From Octopus sinensis (taxonomy: Eukaryota): a stretch of 64,000 bases of DNA. Below are positions 11,295-21,903 of this stretch, piece after piece. Both the position numbers and the translations under genes were made by a program. The notes below the pieces were generated by a model, which worked only from the letters and a program-made list of their open reading frames with translations, was not told where the DNA came from and did not search any database. The stretch's first letter is position 1, and each line of letters begins with the position of its first letter. Location of the stretch: the NCBI RefSeq assembly GCF_006345805.1, contig NC_043003.1, forward strand, positions 108,562,001 through 108,626,000. Direction: 5' to 3'.

Positions 11295-11507
11295 CATGTG
11301 TGTGTGTGTTTGTCCCCCATCACCGCTTGGAAACCGGTGTTGGTGTTTTTATGTCCCCCGTAACTTAGCGGTTCGGCAAAAGACCGTTAGAATAAGTACT
11401 AAGCTTAAGAAATAAGTCCTGGAGTCGAATCGTTCGTTCGAATAAAACACTTCAAGGCGGTGCTCCAGCACGGCCGCAGTCAAATGATTGAAACAAGTAA
11501 AAGAATA
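11295..11507 (+). mobile_element. CORE-type SINE, 3' half
   Basis: (TG)n-TTTGTCCCCC...GGCGGTGCTCCAGCACGGCCGCAGTCAAATGATTGAAACAAGTAAAAG; complements the 5' half at 10338-10505. Confidence 0.8.
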
Positions 11508-11986
11508 ATCTGAATGTATCGAAAACGTATCTCCAATACGCAATTTTAAGAAGCGATGCCTCCTAGTTAGCGACCAGGTAGCAGTTTGTGCGACGAAAAT
11601 TTTGCCCCCCCCCCATATAACCAATAACAAAGCGAACAGCTTTTGTGTGTTTTTGAATGACTAACATGTTTTCCTTGCAAATCATTTGCCTGGCAAGTAC
11701 AACTCCAAACTTTTAAGAAAGCTATTAGAAAACAAGGTTGGAGTGGGGCACCAAACTGTAGTTATGTCTCTGAAAATATGTAATGCAGGAAAGAAATATA
11801 TTGCGTTATAAATAACGAATAATTTTGTTAACTAACAGTGCCGGTTTCAAAGTTTTCCATACTTACATTCCAACTGAATCAACCGTATTGTGTTATTGTT
11901 AATTAGCATCTAATTAAGCCAGAACAGATAAAATATGGTCCATTATTGTAATGAAGTCATTTAACTAAATCATGCTTTCATGTGAA

Positions 11987-12059
11987 GCCTCTGTGGCCCA
12001 ATGGATAAGGCACCGGCCTCCTAAGCCGGGGATTGCGGGTTCGAGTCCCGTCAGAGGTA
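11987..12059 (+). tRNA. tRNA-Arg-CCT: tRNA-Arg (anticodon CCT)
   Basis: 73-nt cloverleaf: acceptor GCCTCTG/CAGAGGT, anticodon arm CCGGC-CTCCTAA-GCCGG, T arm GCGGG-TTCGAGT-CCCGT. Confidence 0.95.
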
Positions 12060-12073
12060 GTAAAGGTTTCTAA

Positions 12074-12082
12074 TTTTTTTTT
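12074..12082 (+). terminator. Pol III oligo-T terminator of the tRNA-Arg gene
   Basis: T9 run starting 15 nt after the discriminator base. Confidence 0.7.
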
Positions 12083-12199
12083 AAAGTCAGCGCAGTCTAA
12101 TTACTGAAAAAAATAGATAAAAGATAATTCTTTCTTTAAAAAAGCCCAGCACACATGTACCTGGGCGGCGAGAGTGACTACTATTAATTAGTATTACTA

Positions 12200-12892
12200 C
12201 GATAAAAGTGGTTCCTGATATGCAAGGACAAAAATTATAAGGGAAGAGATTAGCCGATTGAATCAATCCAGGACTCGAATTACTTTCACGACAGCCAGGA
12301 TGAAAGGCAAATTAAATCTTGACAAGATTTGGAGTCAGAAAGTATGGAACCGAAAGAAATGCCGCTAGTCCAACGATTCTGCCAACTCAATTTCCTTTTA
12401 ATTTAAGCACAGGGCCAATAATTTGGAGGGGAATGGGTTAGCCGAAACCATTTTATCAACCCTGAAAGGATGAAAGGCAAAGCTGACATAGGCGGAATTT
12501 AAATTCACAACACGAAGGGCCCGAACATTAGCGCGAGGCATTTTTACCGACGCCTTAACGATTCTGTCGGCACATTTATTTTACGACCACAACAGAGACG
12601 GACAAGTGAACAAATTATAAATGCGAAATGATTGGAGTTTTACCAAAGTTGGTATAATAGGAATGCTCTATATGGAAAACACAGTGTGAGGAAAATGTAT
12701 CATAGACGACAGATGATAGTGATAAATCTTTCTGCTTAGACACACGGACTGACATTTTACAAAGGAGATGGTAGTGGTGGAGGGGAGCTATTCGATTAAA
12801 TCGACCTCCGTACTCAACTGGTACTTATTTTATCGGCTTCTAAAGGATGAAAAGCAAAGTCGACCTCGGCGAAATTTGAACTCAGAACGTAA
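12200..12892 (-). mobile_element. Three degenerate Meta-type SINE copies
   Basis: Repeated GGATGAAAGGCAAA...TTTGAACTCAGAAC motifs at ~12298, ~12468 and ~12845. Confidence 0.7.
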
Positions 12893-13049
12893 TTAATAAT
12901 AATATTTTCCTCTTATAGTCACAACAGTGACGCATGAAGCGGGTATTACAGAGACAGGTTCACATAGAAATTCAATGCATGGATATGATAACGTCTCGAG
13001 AAATAATACTTATAATAAATCAAATCTATGCAGGCAGGAAAACAATTAT

Positions 13050-13501
13050 TTATTTTCCCATTACTTCTTCCTCTTTTCTCCTTTCACTCGGTTCATCGTA
13101 TCCTTGTTTGGCGTCACAGCGACAGCTGACAGCGATTTTGGTCACAACATTATCCCCGAACGTTTGCTTTCTCTCTTTCATATGAACAAACACAGGTGCG
13201 AGTGGGTGAGTTTTATAGGAAGGCTGACTAGTAGCTAGCTAGCTAGCTAGCTGGCTGGTTGGCTGGTTACTTGGTTGATTGGCTCCCTGGCTGACTGACT
13301 GACAGACAGGGGTGGCCCAAGCTGTTTGGGTTCATTCGTTTTATTGACAAGCAGCCAGTCCGAATTCAAGAACAGAAGGAACACTGGAGTTGTATAGGCA
13401 GAACTTCCGTAACAAGATCACCTTTCAATGGTAGAACACCACAGCGATTAGTATAGCTGCTTCCTTTCCTAATCTTAACACGCACGTTGAGAAAATCTCA
13501 A

Positions 13502-13538
<37 letters not shown>

Positions 13539-13910
13539 ATACGTTACGCTTATGTCGACCTGCAGGGGCTCCAGTTGTGATTGTGATGTAGTCACTGTGT
13601 AATGGTGGTGGTGGTACAAGTGGGAACCGAATGTGGTGGACAGGGACGAGGCAGTCGCTCCACAGGGGTCAGCGAGGTGGGCGAATTGGATTACAGGTGA
13701 TACCTTCTCTCTTCCCCTTTTCCTCTTTTTCTTCTGTAACTCGCGCAATTAAACATACAAAGGACTTGGCAAAAGTTCTCTCCCCGTTCTCATTGTTTAG
13801 CTCAGCACTAATGGAGCAAACCTATAACCGAACGCGCTCCAGCCTTGACTATTCCGACTTTTTAGAACACACACGACTATATTATCCAATGTGGTGTTGG
13901 TGGGAGTGAG
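13050..13910. promoter_or_regulatory. CpG/GC-enriched promoter-like island, possibly with first exon(s)
   Basis: TE-free and GC/CpG-richer than its flanks; (GCTA/GCTG)n and (CT)n tracts; candidate splice donors on both strands. Confidence 0.3.
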
Positions 13911-15734
13911 GTGGATGGCACTGAAATTTTGGAATGTTGTTTTGTTTTTGGAAGGAGTCGGGGAAAATTGGAATCTCTGTTGCCGAAAACTCGGAATCAG
14001 AAAAAAATAAAACGCAAATTATCTTCAGTATTAAAAACCGAAATATTTTCGGATGTATACATTTTAAATATCATAGATTATCCGAAGAAAGAAGAATTCA
14101 TCTTCCTTGTTTTCCGTAATTTTTCAATGTTGACATTTTCCCCGATATTTTTAAGAATCACTGCCTCGGATGTTTTAAAACATGAATCTGAAAAAATTTC
14201 AAAAGAAAGTAAAAGCTGAAAAATTGCAGAAAGGATTGGGAACAAACCCCGCCATTTATTTATTTATTCGCTGAATTCTAGTCTACGCTGTTTAAAACAA
14301 ACGCATCCGAAAAAGATTACAGTTTTTGTTGTACTAAATAATTTCCGACACTATTCTGTTTGAACCCCTTTTTTTATATGACAGTCTTTCATAGTTTGTT
14401 GTTAATTGAGCTGGCATAATCGTGTCTTTAAGCTCTAAGTTTAAATTCTGCTGATGTCGACTTTGCTTTTCATCCTCTCGGGGTCGATGAAAATAAATAC
14501 CAGTTGAGTTCTTGGGTCAGTGTAATCGACCAGCTCCCTACTCAAAAGATTATTTATTAGCACCAGTTCCTCTTCCATTGACTAAAGAATGAAGAAAAGT
14601 ATATCAGTTCCGACCATCCGTTCCTTTCCTAGTTTCCGATATCTAAGATCCATTCACAACACACGCACGCTCACACACACATATGTGTATATCCTAACCC
14701 TTTAAGATGGTTATGTGATATGAAGGAGAATTGGCTGATATTTCTAGCAGGCCAAGCGACAACACAGAGGCTCCTTAGCACTTATTCATGTAAGATAAAT
14801 ATGGTAAGATAACATTTTACACACACACAAATACATACGTCGCTTCATGGAGGTGAAATGAGGCAGGAATACTCAACACAGTTTATTTCTTTTATTTATT
14901 AAAACTGAAGTTGAGAGTTTGGATGTAATGATTACCTTTTGGTAATAATGTTACTTCTGTTGCTAATCATAATCCTCATCATCATTATTATTATTATAGG
15001 TGAACTGGCAGAATTGTTTGCATGCCAAGCAGCATTTCACCTGTCCTTATGTTCTAAGTCCAAATGCCACCAAAAGTCAACTTTGCCTTTCATCCTTAGA
15101 TGGGCTTGATAAAATAAGTACCAGGTTTGAAACCGAATGTACCTGCATCGCACCAGACACAGTTCTCATTAAAAAGCTTTATTCTTTCCCATTATAACAC
15201 AATCATTAATTATTTTTGCATTGGTAGTTCTGATCACTGGTTCGTTTGGGGAAAATGAAAATCAGTGCAAAAGAAAGCACAAGCTTCCAGAAGTTAATCT
15301 GTCTGAAAAATATAGAGTTAACGTCAGAACTTTATTGGCACTAATGTCAAGACTAAACCCACAATAAGGGATTTGTAACCAACCACATATTTAGTACAAA
15401 TGGCACTAACAAGGCAATGAGTCTATGATATAGTGTGTGTGTGTTAAATGATATGGGTGGGGGCTACAGATTTTGTGTTGGTGGGGTTGTATCAGGGTTT
15501 TTTTACACAGGTGGGTGATGGAGCATCTTTCGGCCGATAGGTGGGCGATATTGCAATTTGGCATGAAAAGTTTGGGAAACACTGACCTAAACAAAATTTG
15601 CTATATTCAATATTTTATCCACTTTTTTTACTAAATTCAGATATTCTAATAAATTACAATTCTAATGAATTATTTCTCCTGGCATTTTTGCACTGATCAT
15701 TGCATCTGCAGAAATTCTGATTTGTGTACCATGC

Positions 15735-16120
15735 TCTTTTACTCTTTTACTTGTTTCAGTCATTTGACTGTGACCATGCTGGAGCACTGCCTTTAGTCGA
15801 GCAAATTGACACTGGGACTTATTCTTTGTTAGCCTGGTACTTATTACATCACCCTCTTTTGCCAAACCGCTAAGTTACGGGGACGTAAACACACCAGCAT
15901 CAGTTGTCAAGCTATGTTGAGGGGACAAACACACACACATATATATATATATACATATATACGACGGGCTTCTTTCAGTTTCCGCCTAGCAAATCTATTC
16001 ACAAGGCTTTGGTCGGCCCGAGGCTATAGTAGAAGACACTTGCCCAAGGTGCCACGCAGTGGGACTGAACCTGGAACCATGTGGTTGGTAAGCAAGCTAC
16101 TTACCACACAGCCACTCCTA
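15735..16120 (-). mobile_element. Full-length CORE-type SINE inserted in the Tc1 5' region
   Basis: Head, internal (TA/TG)n and GTAAAAGA-repeat tail all present. Confidence 0.85.
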
Positions 16121-16141
16121 TGGTGAAAATGTTGTGATTAA

Positions 16142-17128
16142 AATGGCACCAAAAGGAAAAAAATTGTCTGAAGATTTGAAGAAAATTATTTTTTAATTTG
16201 CACAAGTTTAGGATCCAAGTTAATTAGCAAACGAATACATATTAGCATAAACACAGTTGCCAAAGTAATTCAGAAGTACAAAGCTACTGGGCGGCTGAGC
16301 AATAAACATCGTCCAGGTCATCCTTCTAGTTTAACTGCAAGTGGCATTTGCCACATCCAACATTGCCTGATGAACAAAAGGCATTGTACCACTTCATCTT
16401 TGGCCCAAGAAGTGTCTTCTGTTAGGTTAAAGAGTGTATCTGCCCAAACAGTTCGCTGAAGTTTGAATCAATGTGGTCTTCGTGGACGCATTCCTCATAG
16501 GCAGCCTCCTTACTACCAGGCATAAATCAAGTCATCTTTCTTTTGCCAAAACCTATGCAAATAAGGGGAAGGAATTTTGGAATAAAATTCTTTTTTTTTT
16601 TGATGAGACTAAAATCAACTGGTTTGGGTCAGAAGGTATTAAATGAGTATGGCGATGACCAGGTGGAAACAATAATGACCAATGCACCATGCCTACCGTG
16701 AAGCATAGGGTTTGGAGATGCATGAGTGTGGCTGGCGTGGGAGGACTTGCATTTAGTAAGAAAACAATGGATTGAAGGCTTTATTGTGACATATTGCAGA
16801 AAACAATGTTGAAAAGCATCAAGGAACTAGGAAGACATTCCATGTTCCAACATGATAACGACCCTAAACACACTTCAGAGATGCGAACTAAGTTTTTATC
16901 AGATAAAAGGGTAAAGGTATTGCCTTGGCCTACCATGTCACCTGATTTAAAACCCAATAGAACATCTTTTGGGTGTTTTGAAAAGGAAAGCAGAGTAGAA
17001 AAACCCTTCAATGCAACACAGATGAATGGAGGTTGATTTCATTAGTTATATGCAGAAATTTAGTCCACTCTATGCCCAGAAGACTTAATTCAGTCAGTGA
17101 AAGCAAGGGCGGTCACACCAAATATTGA
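16142..17128 (+). pseudogene. Tc1 transposase pseudogene
   Basis: MAPKGKKLSEDLKK..., FDETKI, FQHDNDPKHTS, WPTMSPDL motifs with many stops and frameshifts. Confidence 0.85.
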
Positions 17129-17705
17129 ATATAGCAAATAATGCTTTAGGGTGTACATATTTTTGCATCGTTTGAAAATTAATATTTCATTTATATCCTT
17201 GAAAATCTTTATTGTTTTGTGCTCCAAATTTGTATTATGTTCGCATGTATAATATATTTTATTCAGTATAAATTTTGTTTGAGTTCTTTCAGTGTTATCA
17301 GAGTAATGGGAATTTTACCAGAAGTTTTTAGAGGTGTACATACTTCTGTGAGGTACTGTATGCTGTATGTTATATGCACATGTATGTTTGTATATATCAC
17401 GTGAATTCATTTGAATTGTTTTGAATTTATAACTCTCAGCTGAGAACTTTTTGATATGCCATTCATCACAAAAGTCTGCATCTACGCATATATTGCATCC
17501 ATCTTATTGTCTCCTTTCGGTTTTTTCATTTTATGTTGATCCTCAGCTACCTATATAAAGTGTGTGTGTGTGTGTGCATATGACTGCTGTAGAGATGTGA
17601 TCATTCTCAGCTGATTGATGAATTATATTCATCTATATTTTACATAATATAATGTCATGTTCTAGAAGGTATTATACATGTGTATATATATATATATATA
17701 TATAT

Positions 17706-18640
17706 AAAATAATATGTTACATTACTGGATAGTCAAGATAAAACTCTGAGTTTCAGATGCCGAAGTGGGAATCCACGCCGCCATCTCTTCGGTTATCTGG
17801 CTATTTGAAAACGCTATGAAAAAATACCGTTATACAAAGGGAAATTACTGTGTTATAACTCTGCTTGCCTGTGTACTTATACATCGCTATGTGAACGTAC
17901 ACATCTTCACTCGTATATTTCGCCATAAAAATTATATAAAAATACATAAAAAATATATATACATAAAAATATATATAAAAAATATATGATAGAATGTATG
18001 ATGAGGTAAAAAACCTTCTTGGGACATAACATAGAAAGCATGTTCTATCTGTCTTCTTTAGGGGACCAAAAACGTAACAGAAATTTAGTCACATATGGGC
18101 ATGATCCGAAAAGTCCTGTCCTTGAATTTAGACATGTAGTAGGGTCTAAGCTGCTTTTCCAGATAAGCCATCTCTCCATGTCGCATAGACTGCACCTTCC
18201 GCTGCCGTTGGTATAGGGCTTACATTTGGCCAAAATCTTCCAATGTATGTTATAATCGACACCTTTATCTCTTAAAGACCAAATATGATTAGATAATTGT
18301 GTCGCTTTTCTTTTGTTCCAGTGCCTAAAGCTCAAAGTGTGGTTATTGAACCTGGCCTTGAAATTACCGTCTGTAAGGCCCACGTATTTCTTTGTCGAAA
18401 CGGTGTCTTTAGTGGTTATAGAGTCTACGGTAGCTTCATATATGATGGTCTTGGACATGCAAGCTTCATTTAGCGGGCACAATTCTTTATTCCTGCATGA
18501 ACAGCTGTTTTCTTGTTGTGTTTTTTGTATGTTATGTTTGATTATGTTTTTAAAATTGGTAGTGGAACTAAAACTAATTTTTAAATTGTGTCTATTCAAG
18601 AGTTTCCTATAAGCATGGTTAACTGGAAAATGTCTATCAT
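17706..18640 (-). mobile_element. Penelope-like element 3' fragment: GIY-YIG endonuclease and pLTR
   Basis: ORF 18045-18656 with CSCRNKELCPLNEAC, IIY...YVG, RFNNH, TQLSNHIW, CSLC; bounded by (TA)n/(CA)n. Confidence 0.9.
17736..17798 (-). ncRNA. Variant hammerhead ribozyme motif in the Penelope pLTR
   Basis: Minus strand reads AGAUAA-CCGAAGA-GAUG...CAUC-U-GAA-ACU-CAG-AGU-U-UUAUCU, about 250 nt downstream of the GIY-YIG ORF. Confidence 0.55.
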
Positions 18641-18642
18641 AT

Positions 18643-18698
<56 letters not shown>

Positions 18699-19111
18699 TT
18701 ATGAATTCGCATTACAAGATTCCTGATGTAAAACCCTGTGTTGAAACAGATATTGTCATATTTCAAGATGGTAATTTTTTTTTTCTGTTGCCAGAATGGA
18801 CTAAGTGGAGCAGGAGTATGAAGGAGGATGGAAAGTGTTGCTGAAAAGGTTACAGATGTGTGATGCAAGATTTCCAGACTATAGACATCAGTTAAAATAA
18901 GGACAGTAATAAACAAGTGAAGAATGAAACAATTACAGAGTGTGTGTGGGCTTATTTGCCAAAAAGAAAAGACCATCCTGAAATTTAACTATATATATAT
19001 ATATATATATATGTTAATATTAGGGAAGTTATTTCCAAGTCCATAGGGGAGAGAAATTCAATTGAGTGGTACTGAAATGAATTTCTCGCTGTATTATATA
19101 CATATATACAG

Positions 19112-19488
19112 ATAGGGTTATGAGACAGAACCACCTTCAAGCAACTCAAACAACATTGAATGACATTATCTGTGATAGAGATATAAGATTAAATTTTATC
19201 AAATTAATATCTACAATTACTGTTCTGAGTCATATATTAAATTATATAGACAATGCACGTTTCGTGACAATATATCTATCGGTATTGCTGAAATAGAAAT
19301 TCAATACCATATCTATCTGACTATACTGCCTGTATAGTCAGATTAATATGGTATAGTAAAATGATATATTGATATGGTATAGTAATTGTAGATATTAATT
19401 TGATAAAATTTAATCTTATATCTCTATCATAGATAATATCGTTCAATGTTGTTTGAGTTACTTGAAGGTGGTTGTCTCTTAAACCTAT
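19112..19488. repeat. ~110-bp inverted repeat (Penelope-like fold-back)
   Basis: Arms at 19112-19221 and 19381-19488; internal hairpin at 19316-19342; TA tracts nearby. Confidence 0.8.
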
Positions 19489-21479
19489 ATATATATACAT
19501 AATGTTGTATGTGTAATATAACAAAAATTTTCCCTTTACTTATCGTTAATACATTGTTATTCAAAGCTCTAAATATTTTAATTCATTTTGCATTTCTTAT
19601 TAGCTATGTCAGAGGTCAATCATATTTAAATAAATTAAGATGTGTAGCATTAAGCATATGCATAACTATGATATACATACATACATATAACAGACCCAAG
19701 CCATCACTGTAGCAGTAAAAATCTAAAACTTACCAAAAGTGTATCATTTAAGTATATATATGAGGATGTCTAGAAATGCAACTGTATGCACGAAAATACT
19801 TACACAAAACAAAGCATGCAAATCTACATACATACATACAAAAATACCCTGTTGATGTTGTTGAAATTCTAATGAAGGGGCTTTGGATCTAGGTTAGAAA
19901 CCAGCTCTTTCTCTGTTGGCAAGAAATCTTGAAATAAAACTGAATAATGACATACCTACACACACATATACATTTAGTCAATCATATTCCAATATAAGCA
20001 GATTTATTGTTTTTGTTTTTCCACAAGTATTTTCATGTTTTGCAACAACTATAACGAGATGACATTTCTGTGTAGTTAAAGGGAGATAATCTATAAAATA
20101 CCTTCTGAATTACAAGTTCTCAGTGGATGTTATTTTAAAGTCAAACAGAACTGGTTTGAACTTTTTAATATACGTCTTTTCTTTTAACCATCATTTAACT
20201 TCTCTTGCATTCTAAAGTTTATAAGATGGAAACTTAAAAAACTTTATGGTTGTATTTATCCAAATGGCCACTTAGTGAGATCTGTCTGATATTAGCATAG
20301 GAAATATGCTGCAAGTGTACGAACATGTGCTCTGATAAAGAATTTCTGGTCTCACCAATGTATATATATATATTTCTTCACATTTTGGGCATTTGACTAC
20401 AAGTCAAAGTTTCAGTCATGGGAACCAAATTCAATCCAGTATATTTAAACTCAGTAATGAGATACTTGGGAGCAAAAACTGCAGCAAAAGTAGAAGAACA
20501 GTTGTCACCTGTAAAACAAAACACACAGACATGACCATGACATAGTGTCTTTTGTTGCAGCACATAATACCTGTAAGAAAAGTATTGTCAACACTGCTAT
20601 ATCAAAGTTGTCAATTATCTTCCAGAATAATTACAGGATTAAATAACTAATAGAATGCTTGTTCAAAGCAAATGACAACTAAAATTTCGAAACAACTGTT
20701 GGTAAAGACTAAGCTTAACCAAACAACAATGATAACAATTTCACAGTAACTAATGATGATGATAATAAAAATGCTATACATACCAGTTTATGCATTAATA
20801 CAAAGTTCATGCTGAGGCTACTGGGAATTGCCTCTCTCTGTCTTTCCACCCAATATTTGATTGATTTAATTACTATGCCACGTGGAAAATAAGTGTAGTA
20901 TATAAAAACTTAGTAATAGGATACTTGGAAAAAAAGCTGAACCAAAATGTAGAAGAAAACAATATTAATTTCAGAAGATATACAGCAGAAACATACAAAA
21001 TGAAATGCTGTGAGTAGCCTTCACAATCATTCCACATTTGGAGTTATAGCTGCTGTGCAAAACCCAAAATGCATATGTTGTGTTTTTGAAGAAATATATA
21101 ACATGTAAGGAGAGAGTGGTGACCAACTGCATAAAGCCTTCTCTTACATGTGGTTAATTTATGCAAATTATCATTCACACACACACTTATGGCCATTAAA
21201 ATATGAGTGTGTCAGGTCTCGGGTTCAAATCACAGATACCTCATACTAATTAGGTTTCTGATGACTAATTGTATTTAATCAACTATTGTTTATCATTTAT
21301 GAATAATTACACTCCATGACCCCTGTCAATAATCCTTTCCTTCTATCCTGTCCCTTTCCATGCTCCTCTCATCATACTCGCCACTCTGTCTCGAACCACC
21401 AACCACTTTCTCCTATTCTTTTTCTGCTAAAGGAACCACTTTAATCCTACAGCCATGTAAGTTACAAGGTGGTCTTCAC

Positions 21480-21680
21480 ATCAGGTGGTACCTTGAAAAA
21501 AGCTCTCAGTACACTCTGTAATGTGACTGGTGTCAGGAAGGGCATGCAGTCATAGAAACCATGCCAAGAAGACAGATAGTGGAGCCTGGCACTGTCCAGC
21601 AACTTGTCAGATCTTGATATAACCACTCAACCCATGCCAGCATAGAAGCCAGACGATAAATGAAAATGATGATGAGGATG
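21480..21680 (+). mobile_element. Degenerate SINE 3' part with RTE-like (GAT)n tail
   Basis: GGAAGGGCAT...CCATGCCAGCAT...GACGATAAATGA; same family as ~45335-45480 and 57698-57907. Confidence 0.6.
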
Positions 21681-21688
21681 GTAGTAGT

Positions 21689-21903
21689 GGCGGCAAGCTG
21701 GCAGAATCGTTAGCATGCCGAGCGAAATGCGTAGCCGTATTTCGTCTGCCGCCATGTTCTGAGTACAAATTCTGCCGAGGTCGACTTTGCCTTTCATCCT
21801 TTCGCGGTCGATAAATTAAGTACCAGTTACTCACTGGGGTCGATGTAATCGACTTAATCTGTTTGTCCCCTCTGTGTTTAGCCTCTTGTGGGTAGTAAAG
21901 AAA
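21689..21903 (+). mobile_element. Young Meta-type SINE
   Basis: Highly similar to 7916-8141; sits within a (GGT)n tract. Confidence 0.85.

Larger units (their letters stand above)
15587..17358 (+). mobile_element. Decayed Tc1/mariner DNA transposon (IR-DR-type right end)
   Basis: Transposase remnants. Right TIR ends ...GGTGTACATACTTCTGTGAGGTACTG followed by TA; inner DR at ~17146-17170. Only the inner end of the left TIR survives (~15587-15616). Confidence 0.8.

Noticed and set aside
18780-20790. Isolated splice-site-like signals (plus ~18794; minus ~20510, ~20570, ~20782)
   Set aside because: All frames close at the plus site and no coherent coding chain can be built; lncRNA exons cannot be supported from sequence alone.
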